Of a stretch of DNA of 64,000 bases, positions 25,341 through 40,856 are shown in pieces. Location of the stretch: positions 22,692,001 to 22,756,000 of the forward strand of contig OX597815.1 in the NCBI GenBank assembly GCA_951406725.2. The letters are read 5' to 3'. This stretch comes from Octopus vulgaris (taxonomy: Eukaryota). Under the pieces are notes generated by a model. That model searched no databases. It worked only from the letters and a program-made list of their open reading frames with translations, and was not told where the DNA came from. How positions within the stretch are numbered: the stretch's first letter is position 1; the number at the start of each line of letters is the position of its first letter. Position numbers and translations under genes: made by a program.

Positions 25341-27649
25341 TGAGACACACATACACATAGTTTAGATACTCCCACACACAAGTGCTGATATGTGTGGTGG
25401 AGCATAGGTGGGCGCGTAAAGAGATAGGGAGAATTTGTGTATGCATGTATGTATGTGTGTACGTATGTATGTATGTATGTATGTATGTGTGTATGTATGT
25501 ATGTATGTATGTACGTATGTATGTATACATGCATGCATGTATGTATGTATGCATGCATGCATGTATATATGTATGTATGTATGTGTGTACGCATGTATGT
25601 ATGTATGTATGTATGTACATTATATATGAAGGTATTTACACACATCTACATATATATGTATGTATGTATGTATGTGTGTGTATGTATGTATGTATGTATG
25701 TATGTATGTATGTATATATGTATGTGGGGTGGGTACGAGTATAATTCTTTGTATTGTGGATCATAGTTAGATAGAAGTTGTGTGCGAATCAAGTTTCTTT
25801 TAACAGGCGTCTATCCCAAAGATTGAAAAGTTTCCGCACCTCAAGTGTCTGTCATGTGGTAACGTATTTAAATTCTCGTGATTCTAGGTTCCGGTTTACA
25901 GTGCAATGTAAGCTCCATCGAAAAGATCACTGATATTTATGATTCAGCGAAAAATAAAGGTTAACCACTGTTTGTATCTCACAAATTTATACTTTCGACC
26001 CAAGTTCTAGTATTGTTACGAAAAGTAATTATACAATTACTAGATACTTACAAATGTTTGTGTAATAATAGTTTGTATGCAAATCACGAGAAACCATCGT
26101 CATCAGCACGTGTAAATGACTTTCTTTGATAGGTGTACCCGTACCCCTCAATGACCGAAAGAGTGCGATGATAAATCTAACTGATGGGAGTGAATTGATG
26201 ATGCAGCTGGCGTTGGTAATCTGGTGGCATTAGTGATGATTAGGACAATTTAGGTACGGGCTGTTGTGGCTGAGTCTAATGAGAATAGTCTGAGAATGAA
26301 TGAAAGACATTTACTAAGCACACGACCGCGTTTCACAAGAAACCGCAATAATGCTGGTACTTGCTACATCAATAATCACTGTTTTTACAACCCCTTCCAC
26401 TACCGTAATTGCAGCTGTTGCTCTTCAACATTAGAGAATTGTGCAAGACGATAAACTATGCACTGTAAGCTAAATATTTGTTTTCTATAACACCTTTAAT
26501 TTCCTTGGAATTTCTTTTGGTTAAATGCAATTCGCTGTTGTAAAGAGAGAAGTGCAATTAATTATACTACTGATACTTTGATTATGCGTCAGTGCAGCAT
26601 AGCAAAATCGTAGTAGATTTGGTTTTTATTAGTTTCGCTGCTAAACCACACCCACTATAACAGTGGGGAATAAACTGTCTGCAACCTCCGATTTCCAACA
26701 ACTTATACCAGTTAATATTAAAATTTTTAAGAACAGGTTCTATGCTTTTGGTGAAAATATTTAATTTTGGTACTCTTTAACTCTGTGTTTTTGTAGTGGA
26801 GAATGAATTGCTTTGATAATTTGAGACGTAGATTTACAATTATAAACGGCTGTTTTTTAAGTAAAACAATTTTGTAGAAATTAAATATACTACGTTAATT
26901 ATTATCAAAGAAAAACAGAAATATCAGGATGCCTCCTTATTCTTAAGAAGTTATTTATCAATTTTCCTCTTAAATTAGAAACGCTATAATGATAACAGTA
27001 AATCTTCTCTGAAACAATCTATACTCGTAATGATAATATTCGCTTCTTTCGACTGAGCACAAAACCGTGTTTAAGTGGTGTAGAGCGCAAAGGCATCAAA
27101 ATTGACATAACTATAAAATTAATACTTATTTTAAAAAAAGGATTAAAGAAACTCAAGAGATGTGAAATTCTAAGAAGACACACCATCAGAACGACTTGAA
27201 CTTTAAACAATGCAGTAATGTGTAAGTTATTTAATTTGAATCGATATTGTAAGTGAAACTTCTGTAGTCTACTTATACTAATACCACAATTGCTTTTGTG
27301 TTGTTTGTTTTGTTTGCTTGTTCTCTAATTCGAGACATTGTTACGTATACCTTTTTGTTACATATGCCTTTTTGCAAATAACCTGCATAACTGTTGCATA
27401 CAAAAGCATATTGAAGATTGTGCAATTAACTGCCAAAAAATGAAATGTGCGCATTTCTTTTTTTTTTTTTAATATATATACCAGATTTGGGAGTGAATAG
27501 AAGAAAAAGTATTTTCCCTTGGAATTTTTAATACTGAAATCCAAGAAAAATATCCTCAAAAATAATAAAAATTCAACAGAAACCAAAGAGGATATTCCAA
27601 CTAATAAAAGTACTAATCGTCTGAGTGATAATTCTCCCAGAAAATCCCT

Positions 27650-28700
27650 AAACAAAGTCCTAGCCTTGGACATGAAGCTTGTTTTTTGCCTCTTCAGATG
27701 AGTGGTATTAGGATCAATACATGTACCATAGTTTCTTGCACTTTCCAACAGGCAATTTAGTCTGCTTCAGATGATGTCGCAAAGTCTAATATGCCGTCTG
27801 GAGCACGTGAGGATTGCCTACTTCTACTTGTAATAGCTTTAAATTCTCCTACAAGACTTTCAACCAATTGTATTTTAAATTTCTGTCGTGATATTGGCTC
27901 CGACCCTTCTTTTTGAAAAACATTAGAGTACAAGATATAAGAATCTTGAGTTATACTGTCCAGAATGTTAATGAACAAACTTTGTATACTTCCACGTTTT
28001 TCTTTCATCAAGAAATGCATACAGGCATATGTCACTAAGACAACTCCATCCACGTGACGGTTGTACTCTTCAACAATTTCTAGTTTTTGTTTCTCTCGAC
28101 CCAGTTTAAGCCGACCGCTTTCAATTTCACAGAATTTGCTGATGACGACAAAATCACTTGTTTCTTCTTTACATACCCAACGGCAAGTAGAGGAGTAAGA
28201 TCGTAATGCTACAACATCGCTCCATGAAGTAATTTTCGTTAGACTTTTATCTACAGAAATCTTTCTTCATTTAACTTGTCTTTATTTAACTTACATTTAA
28301 CTTGTCTCACTGGCTTTTGATTTGATGGATCACGTTCAGCATTGATAAAAGTATCATAAATGTATTGCACGTGAAAGTTAAACCAAAAATTGGTTAGCCC
28401 ATGGGGGGTTTACCGGAACTCGCTCAAATTTCCCTTTTTGATTAGTCCCATGTTAAACAATCTCAGGTATACCTCCATCTCATTTTCGTCGGTCCCATTT
28501 CCCCAGGCCCCAAGCCAAGACCATTTTCTCAGAGATGTCTGCTTCTGTACTTTGTTTTTACCATAACTGTTAGTCACTTCTACAATTCAGAATTTTTTTT
28601 TTTTAAATCTACTAGCTCCCATGTAGAGTTCAAAATTAATGTTATTTGATATCCTAGCTTGTTTCAAACATTGGAAATCATACGCTAAGGTCTCATCCGT
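27650..28700 (-). pseudogene. piggyBac-like transposase remnant
   Basis: Minus strand YNRHVDGVVLV...LFINILDSITQDSYILYSN...QKFKIQLVESL resembles the piggyBac YNxxMGGVD...LLDxAxxNSYILY...FxxxLxxxL C-terminal block. Many disruptions; ends approximate. Confidence 0.65.
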
Positions 28701-29425
28701 CTACAGACCGTTCACAGTGAAGTTAGATGTAATGTTACACTGTAGGTCTTCATCGCCAGACGAGTTTGGAGATTCAGTATCGCCTGATTGATACTGACTA
28801 CTCCCAATTAGACGACCATAGAGCCATTATACTTCCAAGAACTAGTGTCGGACATTCTTCCCTAGTCCAACCGCACGAAAAAAAAAGTAAAATTATAAAA
28901 GTAAAGGATGTGTGTGTATGCATGTATACACACACACCACACACACACACCACACACACACAAAATCACTTTCGATAGTTGCGGTATTGCGATTCGAGAG
29001 CAGGTGGTGACATTCAGTTTTAGTATATTGTTATATAGCATAATAATTTCAGACTGTAATATATATAAAAAAAAAAAAAAGAAAACAGAACGTAAGCTTA
29101 GTATCAATATGGCAAAACATTTATAACCAAGTCTGCTACTTGTGGAGAAAAAAGTAGAGTAGGTAGGTCTAACTATTCAAAAGTTATTGAAGATTGAATC
29201 TATTTTAAGCCACGATCGTGGCTTAACGCAGTCTAAAAGAAATCCACAACAGAAGTTTTTAGTAGGATAACAGTTAAAACTTAAGATAAGAATTATGAGA
29301 TTAGGAACAACAAATATCGTAAATTTAGTTATTATATTAGGGGACACACACAAACACACACACACACACACACACATACATACATTTATACATACATACA
29401 TACATACATACATACATACATACAT

Positions 29426-29473
<48 letters not shown>

Positions 29474-31057
29474 CCTAGAGAGAGGCATACATTTAATATA
29501 GCACTGACGCATCGATGACGAATGGGGCGTGTGATTTGCTCACTTGAACTATATTGATTATAATGACACCTGTTAATTTCACCTAATATATTCCTTTACT
29601 TTTAGGTCGGTAGCTAGACCTTAACTCTAGTGTTTTCTTTCTTTTTATGAAGTTAGGATATGAACGTTGCATTATAGTTGAGAATAATCAACGAAACGGC
29701 CTCAAAATACATACACTCGAGCACGCGCGTGTATATGTCTACTTTTACGGTGTTTTGTTTCAATCTTATTCTGTACCACACTATATATCTATAGTTTTTA
29801 GCCGACATTGTATGCACTTTGTATATCAAACATCTTGGTGGACAGAAAAATAGGGTCACTATTCTATTTTTCATTATTCCATTCACAGATTAAATTTGCA
29901 GAATACTAATTAGATGTCTTCCTTGTTTACCTGAATTCCCCCACCTTATCAAATATTATGTATGTATGTACGCAGTCTTTCGCTAAACGTCTAGCTTTAT
30001 AAATATAATGTAGACTCCCGATTTCCCGTCTTTTAGTAAATTGCAGCATTTCTAATATATCGCACAGAATATTAACTTCAACCAATATCTCTACTTCATA
30101 AAATAGTAAGGTGCTCGCAAAGCGAGGATATTTCACTTTCCTACATAATACAAATACAGGAACAGTCAAGAGATATACAAAGAGGAAGAACGAATCTGTA
30201 CACAAAAGATGGGGTTAGATGTATTGATTACCACCAGAACTAAATAAATGTGGGAGTTGTGTTAGAAACTATCTATAATGAATTATTAAAACAGCCATGA
30301 TTTGCGGATAAAACTTGCCAAGAAGGGGAGAGAGTAGGGGAAGAGAGAAAAGGAAACAATAGATAATAGACTATATAAAAGGCAGATACGTTTGTACTGG
30401 TTAATTGAAGCATAACTTCGTTGGCAGGTAAAGAAATAGATTTTATTATTGGAATTAGGGAATGGATTGTATGTTTTGTTTTTACTGCTTATTTAGTTTT
30501 TGCGTTTTATTTCTTATTCATTCTATTTTCATTTATTCGACCCAGGGTTATTTTAGAGGGAATAATAGTAAAAATGTATCTTATTCATGTACGTCGAACT
30601 GCAAAACACGTTAAGTTGCGGTTGCTTTTTTTGGCGGAATAGCAGTAAATATTCCTGCTATATACATCAAAAAATTCAAATGTTTTCTCCATATTCAAGG
30701 GAGTTAGCTTGCTGCTCAAACATGATACTTATCCTTAACACAAATCTTTAACATTTCTCGCATCATCTATCAACTCTACCATGTTACACGAACGTATTAA
30801 CGATTTGAAAACATTATTGAATAATGTCAAGAAATTAAATGGGACATTGAGAAAAATGGTGAGAGTAACCCTCGGCTTTACATCATGATTGTTGCAGTAC
30901 CATTATTTCGCTCACAATGTCACTGTTGGTAGAGTTCTCATTGAAGATATGGTCAATACTGTCAGAGCTGTTCCCGCCAATATTGTATTCACTTCGCCTT
31001 CTAAAAACTATCTTCACTATCTCTGTCATCATTATAAGTCATTACTACAACTATCAT

Positions 31058-31220
31058 GCTGACGATGGATATGATGATGATGAATATGATGATGGTGGTG
31101 GTGGTGGTGGTGGTGGTGGTGTTTATGATGGAGGAGGAGGCAGAAAAGAAGGAGGAAGAAAAGAAGGAAGAGGAAGAGAAGGAAGAGAGGGGAGAGGAGG
31201 AAGAGAAGGAAGATAAGGAA
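31058..31220. repeat. Compound GAT/GGT/GAR trinucleotide repeat
   Basis: Read directly. Confidence 0.85.
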
Positions 31221-32383
31221 ATTGAGCATGACGCTACTGATGGTGAAGCCCGGATGCTACACCCTTTTTTTATCTCTTGCAAAAGTTACTTCATTCGTTG
31301 TTACGAACAACACCAGTTAATGGATAAGTAACTGTTGTTAAGAACAGAAGATATCGAAATTTTTAGACCCACCACATACATATGCAACATTTTTTGCACA
31401 AACTTCAGCAAACCTGATATAACTCTTAAACCTTTTCAATTGAAACACATTTGAACATAGCCACAACTAAGAGTTTTTTTTCTTTTTTCCTTTCTTTTTT
31501 TTTTTTTTCTTCTTTTTGGTTGTCCGAAGTAAACAACAGAATCTATAGAAGAAGAGATTCCAGGAGGTGAAGATATAAGATGAAAGTTAGAGGAAAGAGG
31601 GTGTAAAAGTTGGAAGATTAGTAAAGGAGAGAACTATTGCAACTGCAAGACTCGAAGAAGAGTAGTATATATGAAAATAACACTAACTACCATCATGAGG
31701 ATTTCGAAGAAAAGAAAAATATAAATAACGACGTCTAAGCTTTAACTGGAACGATGAGAAATAGTAGGGTTTTTGTTTTGTTTTTTTTTTAGAATGTCCT
31801 GAAAAAGAACTGAGAAAGGATTCAAGTTAAAAACTACAGATTCTGTAGTGGAAATTATTTCATATTCAAATTTCAAACACATTAATTTTTAGTCCCATTC
31901 CAACATATGTGAAAAGCATGACAAACGACTGGTACATTTTTCGAGCAGACATTAAGTGTGTAGAAATGGTACATAGTAATAGGAATAAAAAAAAGTGTTC
32001 AAGTAATAGCTCTCAGTAGAAAATATTTGGTAACACCAATCGGCGAAAGCTGGAAGAGAGTTAGCAGGAAGTCTTTTATAATAACAAATGCTGCAGTAAC
32101 ACGTGGTTGTTGTGTGTTTTCATTAGGACCAAACCCACCAAATAAATAGACAACTACATAAAAATATATAGTTTCTTAGTTCCACCAATAACAAAAAGAA
32201 ATAATGTCCTGATGCTATCAACACGAATGACCAATGGAAAATAGATAGATATAATTTTCAAAACAAGAAAAGGAAGGTTATATTAAAAACGCTTACGTAT
32301 AAAAGTGTATGTATGTATGTATGTATGTATGTATGTATGTATGTATGTATGTATGTATGTATGTATGTATGTATGTATGTATG

Positions 32384-33000
32384 ACTTTAAACTGCATCCA
32401 ATAGTGAGGTTCTGAATTGGGAGATCAAGAAGTGTGGAACCAACTTAGCATCTGTTGTTCCCAAGTCTACTCTGACCCGGAGTAGTAGCACCTGTCAGGA
32501 TCCGGATTATGGATTAACTAACATATGTGAGCAATCTGAGCACAGGGAAGCAGAAATACACTCGGTTGGTGTCAGAGTGCACAGTAAAACCACCGGGAGT
32601 GAAAGAGTCCTAGCTCTTGTTACAAAATCCTTCTAGGAGAGGGACACTGATGTAAAACCTGCAACTTCATGTTATTACTGGTCATCTCGCTTCGACCTCT
32701 CACTTGGTAGTAATCACTTGGTAGAGACAGAGAGTGGTACTTGTGTTGTACAAGCGTTTAACACTATAATCCAATGACTTACACATATCTCTTTATGGAA
32801 ATTTCATTTGTCATTCCATCAAATGAAAGTTCTATGGCGATGGAAGAATGGCGATGTGTAGAGTTGGAAGCGTGTAGTAACTCATAGCTTTCGTCTATCA
32901 CCGATCCTTCAAACCATGCAGACCTTCAAGGGGACAGAGTAGTCATCTGATAGGTCATGGACGGAGAGTCAGAAATTCCATTGACAATGAGATGACAAGC
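32384..33000 (-). mobile_element. Unclassified ~600-bp interspersed repeat, copy 1
   Basis: Colinear homology with 42405-43035 (gtctactct..ccgg.gtagtagcac.tgtcagg, tcatttgtcattccatca.atgaaa, cttcaaaccatgcaga). One end abuts (TATG)n. Confidence 0.7.
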
Positions 33001-33035
33001 ATCTGTGAAGTCAGAGCAATTACCATGTATGTATG

Positions 33036-33730
33036 CCTGTTCTTTTGATTCTATTTTCCGAATTTCTCACTAATGGAAAAAAGAGCTGTTTCTAACTTAG
33101 AAACAAAACTCTTTCATGGGAATTTAAACGATATCAAACGAAGTAGTCTTGTTGCATATGGATATGAGTGCATGCGTGTATACATGTATATGTACACATG
33201 AGCGTACGCATAGATAATACTGCACTTGTGGATTTTATTGTATACTGAACTTCAAGAATGCTGTATATATTTTCATGGTACCTTTGACAGCTTGTAACTG
33301 TAATCTTTCGATTTGGTGTGTTCTTTCTGGTTTTGTGAATCTCAATTCCTTGAAATTGTTACTGAGGCTGTTAGTCACGTAACCAAGTACTCTAGTTATT
33401 ATTAGTAGAAATCTAAAGCTGTGATCAAGACGGAGTACATACATATTTCTTATCCGTTCGGTATGATTTAATTTTTACTGATCTTTAACATTATGTTGGC
33501 ACCTACTGGGCAACTGATTTCAAGTACTGTGAATAGTTTCTTCCCCTTCTTCCAGATCTTTATGTCTGGCTTGTTTTGCATGTAATTTTTTTGAGTCTTG
33601 ATAGGGACGTTCCACCATTATCCTTTCGAATTATCGGTGGTCATGTCTGCAACTTCTTATATTTGTCTTTTCGGGATTTTCTTTTCTACGAATTTCATTA
33701 TATAGTGTTCAAGCCAAGACTACATGTTTC
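33036..33730 (-). mobile_element. Diverged relative of the (CATA)-associated R4/Dong LINE, 3' part
   Basis: FLLIITRVLGYV...IERLQLQAVKGTMKIYTAFL parallels FIPIIIGALGFV...IRTLQVQSVNGTVKICKTFL. The 3' end abuts catacatacat on the minus strand. Confidence 0.75.
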
Positions 33731-33872
33731 CTAGATAGATAATACCATAATAATAGACAGACAAGATAGAGATAGATACATACATACATACATACATACA
33801 TACATACATACATACATACATACATACATACATACATACATACATACATACATACATTCATACATACATACA

Positions 33873-33904
<32 letters not shown>

Positions 33905-33964
33905 CATACATACATACATACATACATACATACATACATACATACATACATACATACATGTTTG

Positions 33965-34274
33965 TTGTTTTTTTTGTTCCTTCTCGAGCCACGCCTGGCT
34001 GATAAGGGCCAGTTTCCCGGTTTCTTTGGTGTATAGGTTCCCCACCTGGACGGGACGCCGGTCCGTCGCAGGTGAGCTGCAAGATGCAGGAGGACAGAGT
34101 GAGAGAAAGTTGTGGCGAAAGAGTCAGCAGAAGTTCTCCATTACCTTCTGCCGGAGCCGCGTGGAACTTAGGTGTTTCGCTCATATACACAAACATCACC
34201 TGATATGAGATTCGAACCCGCGATCCCTCGACTGCGAGTCCGCTGCTCTAACCACTAGGTCGTGTGCCTCCACC

Positions 34275-34275
<1 letters not shown>
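33965..34275 (-). mobile_element. tRNA-derived SINE related to family B
   Basis: Head ...CCTAGTGGTTAGAGCAGCGGACTCGCAGTCGAGGGATCGCGGGTTCGAATCTC with A and B boxes. Confidence 0.8.
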
Positions 34276-34369
<94 letters not shown>

Positions 34370-35305
34370 GCAGACAGACAGACAGATATCCAGAAACGTA
34401 AGTAGGTAGAGAGATCGATGTGTAGGCAGGTAAGGAAGGAGGAGGTAGGTAGATAGCTAGGTAGGTAGGTACTTATTTAATTGCCCATCTATTTTAGATA
34501 AAGCATACATGATGAAACATTGCAGTAAAAGTACTGCAATAATATGAACATTACTGGTCTGAGATTATTCCTTCAGTACCTTACATTACGATTCATGCTT
34601 TTCTTGACCATTTACACGTAAAATTGGTAGCCCATTTAGTGAATTAAAATGTCAAAAGTAAACAGTGTAACATGGGCGAATATATGAAAGAAATTAGTTA
34701 TATAAGAAAATGAAACAGAGAGGAGCAAAGAAATTCAAGGAAAGAAATTAAAAGTGGAGAAGGAAAACAGGAAATTTTGACGTCATTTCTGAAAGTGCCT
34801 ATGAGCCCAGGAGGAATTTACCAAAAACGTGACAGAAATCAAATTAAAACCAATTGCAAACACATGGAAGATGGAGAGGGAAGACGATCTAAATTGTGCG
34901 GGGATTGGTATATGATTATAATTCTGATTGGTCTCCTTTACTATTATTAGTTTTAGTTATTTACTACTGCTCTTCGTGACGACTTCGTCTTTAAACGATC
35001 TCAAATTATGGCAGCTGCTCAGTATTTCTCAACGTGAGGCAAGATATCAGGTGACCTGCTGCCAAACAAAAAGGATTGATCATCATAATGTAATGATAAC
35101 ATGTGAAGTATTTGATTTGATATGTGAGTGCGTGTGTGTGTGTGTATGTGTGTATGCACGCACACATGTGTGTGTTGGTGAGTTTGTTTGTGAGAATATA
35201 TAGACATAAACATATGTGAATGTTTCTGTGTTTGTGACAGTAAAAAAAAGAGACGGGAAAAAGAATAGAAGTCTGAGAAAGCGACATATATATATATATG
35301 TGTGT

Positions 35306-35355
<50 letters not shown>

Positions 35356-35360
35356 GTATG

Positions 35361-35391
<31 letters not shown>

Positions 35392-35397
35392 ATATAT

Positions 35398-35604
35398 TCT
35401 TTTATTCTTTTGCTTGTTTCAGTCTGGAGCACTACTTTAGTCGAGCAAATCGACCCCAGGACTTAATCTTTGTAAATCTAGTACTTATTCTATCGGTCTC
35501 TTTTAGTCGAACCGCTAAGTGACAGTGACGTAAACACACCAACATCGGTTGTCAAGCGATGGTGGGGGGACAAACACAGACACAAATAACAAATACATAC
35601 ATAG

Positions 35605-35644
<40 letters not shown>

Positions 35645-36201
35645 TCTTTTACTTGTTTCAGTCATTTGACTGCGGCCATGCTGGAGCACCGCCTTTAATC
35701 GAGCAACTCGACCCCGGGAGTTATTCTTTTGTAAGCCCAGTACTTATTCTATCGGTCTCTTTTGCCGAACCGCTAAGTAAAGGGGACATAAACACACCAG
35801 CATCGGTTGTCAAGCAATGCTAGGAGACAAACACAGACACAAACACATACACGCATATATATATATATATATATACGACGGGCTTCTTTCAGTTTCCGTC
35901 TACCAAATCCACTCACAAGGCTTTGGTCGGCCCGAGGCTATAGTAGAAGACACATGCCCAAGGTGCCACGCAGTGGGACTGAACCCGGAACCATGTGGTT
36001 GGTAAACAAGCTACCTACCACACAGCCACTCCTATATATACGACGGGCTTCTTTCAGTTCCCGTCTACCAAATCCACTCTCAAGGCTTTGGTCGGCCGGA
36101 GGTTATAGAAGACACTTGCCCAAGGTGCCACGCAGTGGGACTAAACCCAGAACCATGTGGTTAAGAAGCAAGTTTCTTACCCACACAGCCACTTCTGCGC
36201 C
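35398..36201 (-). mobile_element. Stack of tRNA-derived SINE family C pieces (two heads, two tails)
   Basis: Heads at about 35875-36033 and 36040-36201, tails at about 35398-35590 and 35645-35845. All homologous to the full copy at 61126-61520. Confidence 0.85.
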
Positions 36202-36245
<44 letters not shown>

Positions 36246-36271
36246 CATATATATATATACGCTCACATATA

Positions 36272-36317
<46 letters not shown>

Positions 36318-36784
36318 AATATATACATGCAAAATATATATATACATGCAATATATCCATATATACGTGCATACATAAATACATACATACATACATATAC
36401 ATACACACGCATGCACGGACACACATACGCAGACAGACTTTTTTTTTTTCCTTTCCTTTTTACCTGAAGCTCACTCCTTGGAATTAATATGACTATTTTC
36501 ACCGCTATTTCGTCCTCTGCGTTCCAGGAGTTGACTGGCAACCTATCAATGTCAGTGGTCTTGTTATTTAAGTCGTCTGGCTGTAAACAGTGAGCTGACC
36601 CATCACGCTGTGTCAATCAACATCTAGTCTGATGGCCTTGAAACAACGATATCAACAAACCATTTTGACACTTGACTGAATGTCTCAATAATTCGGCTGA
36701 CATATCTCTTTCTATTAATCTGGTCTCTCGTTCATTGTTCCTCTCACTCTCCTCATTCTTTCATAACATCCTCCACTCTCTCTC

Positions 36785-36845
<61 letters not shown>

Positions 36846-37214
36846 TATATCTCTCTCCTTCCCAGTTCATATCTTTGTTCGCGTTTGTTTATAGACAAAC
36901 ACATACATACATACATACATACATAGATACATACATACATACATACATACATACATACATGCATACATACGTACATACATACATACATACATACATACAT
37001 ACATACATACATACATACATACATACATACATGCATACATACATGCATACATACATACATACATACATACATACATACATACATGCATACATGTGTGTAT
37101 GTGAATAAGTATAGGCTTGTCTAGTAGTGCGTTCACGTGTGTATATGTGCATGAGTTTGTGTGTGTATATTTGTGTGTGTGTATATTTGTGTGTGTATAT
37201 TTGTATATTTGTGT

Positions 37215-37239
37215 GTGTGTGGTTTGTGTCTCTGTGTGT

Positions 37240-37274
<35 letters not shown>

Positions 37275-37885
37275 GGCATGTGTGTGTGTTGACGTGTGTG
37301 TGTGTTGGCGTGTGTGTGTGTGGTTTGTGTCTCTGTGTGTTGACGTGTGTGTGTGTGTGTGTGTGTGTTGGCATGTGTGTGTGTTGACGTGTGTGTGTGT
37401 TGTGTGTGTGTGTGTGGTTTGTGTCTCTGTGTGTTGGCGTGTGTGTGTGTGGTTTGTGTCTCTGTGTGTTGACGTGTGTGTGTGTGTGTGTTGGCATGTG
37501 TGTGTGTTGACGTGTGTGTTCGTGTTGGCGTGTGTGTGTGTGGTCTGTGTCTCTGTGTGTTGACGTGTGTGTATGTGTGTGTGTGTTGGCATGTGTGTAT
37601 GTTGACGTGTGTGTTCGTGTTGGCGTGTGTGTGTGTGGTCTGTGTCTCTGTGTGTTGACGTGTGTGTATGTGTGTGTGTGTTGGCATGTGTGTGTGTTGA
37701 CGTGTGTGTGTGTGTGTGTTGGCATGTGTGTGTGTTGACGTGTGTGTTCGTGTTGGCGTGTGTGTGTGTGGTTTGTGTCTCTGTGTGTTGACGTGTGTGT
37801 GTGTGTGTGTTGGCACGTGTGTGTGTTGACGTGTGTGTTCGTGTTGGCGTGTGTGTGTGTGTTTGGTTTGTATGTGTGTTGGCAC
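37215..37885. repeat. Higher-order minisatellite built on a (TG)n backbone
   Basis: Ordered modules TTGAC / TTGGCAT / TTCG / TTGGC / GGT(T/C)TGTGTCTC separated by variable TG runs, with a period of about 85-95 bp. Confidence 0.9.
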
Positions 37886-38147
37886 GAAATAAGTCTTGTT
37901 GTCTTTGGATTTGGGACCAAAGTATAGAGTTCTTCCATTAAAATCGTAGGCATATGGTTGAGGAGATACGAAACTACCACATTACTAGGGTGAGTGGCGA
38001 CATAGAAATTTCCTTGCTAGTTTAAAGCATTGTTATTTCTGTGATTGTTTTTGTTTAATGTAAATATCTTGTATGTGTGTATATGATTGTGTTCGTGTGT
38101 ATATTTCTTTCTGTGTGCATGCGTGTGTGTGTATGTGTATCCGTGCA

Positions 38148-38376
38148 GGCGGCGAGCTGGCAGAGACGTTAGCACGCCGGGCGAAGTGCTTCGCGGTATT
38201 TCGCCCGTCGCTACGTTCTGAGTTCAAATTTAGCCGAGGTCGACTTTGCCTTTCATCCTTTCGGGGTCGATAAATTAAGTACCAGTTACGCACTGGGGTC
38301 GATGTAATCGACTTAATCCGTGTGTCTGTCCTTGTTTATCCCCTCTATGTTTAGCCCCTTGTGGGTAGTAAAGAAA
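38148..38376 (+). mobile_element. SINE family A
   Basis: Full-length homolog. Confidence 0.9.
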
Positions 38377-38406
38377 CGTATGTGTGTCCGTGCGTGTGTG
38401 TGTCTG

Positions 38407-38476
<70 letters not shown>

Positions 38477-38479
38477 CGC

Positions 38480-38510
<31 letters not shown>

Positions 38511-39093
38511 TGTGTGCGTGTGCGTGAGTGTGTGTGTGTGTGTGTGCGTTTCTGGTAATTAGAGGATCTTCGAAAAACCCAGACTAAATATGGTAGACTC
38601 TTGTTACAAGCTCAGAACCACTGGTTCAGTGCTTTAAATGCAGCATATTTTTAGGTAGGGTAATTTTATGGTGTGCTACAGCTATGGAGCAATCAATATT
38701 AGGGAACTGTCTGGATACTTGAAATACTCATTTGTTCATATATATTTGCTGGAGTCTTACTAAAACTGTCAGTATATTTGGTACTTCGATAATGCAAAGG
38801 TAAAAGCAACTCCTCTTCAACTCTGTTAATAATTTTGTAATCACAGATTATTTGATTCAGAACCATGAGAAGTTCTGAATCTTGAGACTCGGCTGCACTT
38901 TTGATAGTTATCTTGATCCTGTCCTGAGACTTCTACTTCAAGTCGACTCCGTCTCATAAGCACAGCTCATCTAGTTTTCTAAGAAATTTTGCAATTCTAT
39001 AACTTGCAGTCAAAATATGTACAGCAATCAAAATATATACAGAAACATGTCTCCTCAAATAAGTGGGGGGGGGGGGAGTTAACAGCTTGATAC

Positions 39094-39590
<497 letters not shown>

Positions 39591-39963
39591 GTGGATGAAT
39601 GGATCAATTGACTGATTGATTGATTGATTGATTGTTTGACTAATTGTGAATAATTTGACATGCATATGTTTAAAAGACGTACATTCGGTTTCACTGTAGT
39701 TAAACTGTAGTTCAACTCCCTGCAGAACGAACCCTAGTTATTTCTACCGTTCGGTTACGGGCAGTATAACAAACTAACGAGTTGCGACTGATACTGTTTT
39801 CAAACTTTCAAGCATGCTTGGTTGGTTATTTCCCCCCACTACAGTGGCATTCTTTTACAGGTCTAATAAACTCTGTAACATCGTGTTACTAAAACGATAA
39901 TCTGTTCCTTACAAGCACATACTTCTGCATACATTCATACTCAACACCAGTCTCCTCTCTCTC

Positions 39964-40023
<60 letters not shown>

Positions 40024-40025
40024 CT

Positions 40026-40057
<32 letters not shown>

Positions 40058-40246
40058 ATTTCCATCCCTCTCTCCCTTCCTTTCTATCTGTCTCTTTTCC
40101 TCTCTCCTTACTATACGTGTATATACGTATGTATATATGTTTCATGCGTATGTATGCATGCATATACCTATGTATGTTCATAGATGTATATGCATATATA
40201 TTTTTTATATATGTATATACATACATATGTGTATGTGTGTGTATAC

Positions 40247-40278
<32 letters not shown>

Positions 40279-40280
<2 letters not shown>

Positions 40281-40856
40281 CAATAATAATTCTCTAAATG
40301 AGATATATACAGTAACTGCTCCATAACATGAGGGACTAAAGCCATCTGAATATGGCTAGGGACAGGGCAGGGTGGTGGGGGTGTTACTGTTGCATTTAGC
40401 CCCAGGCGAACATCGACCTGGGGCTAAATGCAACAGTAACACCCCCACCACCCTGCCCTGTCCCTAGCCATATTCAGATGGCTTTAGTCCCTCATGTTAT
40501 GGAGCAGTTACTGTCTATATCTCATTTAGAGAATTATTATTGCTGTCGAACAGATTTTCGAAATCAGCAAATGTATTTTGCTTGAAAATCTATATATGAA
40601 TATCCTGCAGAGTGAGATTTCGTCGAGGAAGCGGGGGCCTACCGCACGTTGATGATAGGCAATACACCTTGAAACCATGGTCCGTGTGTGGTTTCCGCTT
40701 CATCGGGGAATTATCTCCCTTTGCAGGTTAAAGGACACCGTGATGGTGTCAAGCCTATCTGGCGACGTCGATGTTCGCCTGGGGCTAAAAGCAACAGTAA
40801 CACCCCCACCACCCTGCCCTGTCCCTAGCCATATTCAGATGGCTTTAGTCCCTCAT

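Noticed and set aside
26080-26115. CTGATGA on the minus strand (also plus strand at 28139)
   Set aside because: No properly placed stem II-GAAA or stem I, so a chance match.
30917-31331. Low-complexity D/G/E/K-rich ORFs
   Set aside because: Compound trinucleotide repeat with no domain or clear splice context.
34205-34275. tRNA gene candidates (also 22210-22278 and 63360-63428)
   Set aside because: The tRNA-like heads continue into SINE bodies and do not form a complete cloverleaf.
35807-36487. 226-aa ORF with an internal repeat
   Set aside because: Antisense read-through of two SINE heads plus a TA microsatellite.
37215-37885. CRISPR-like repeat-spacer appearance
   Set aside because: Spacers are TG runs, the context is eukaryotic and there are no cas genes.
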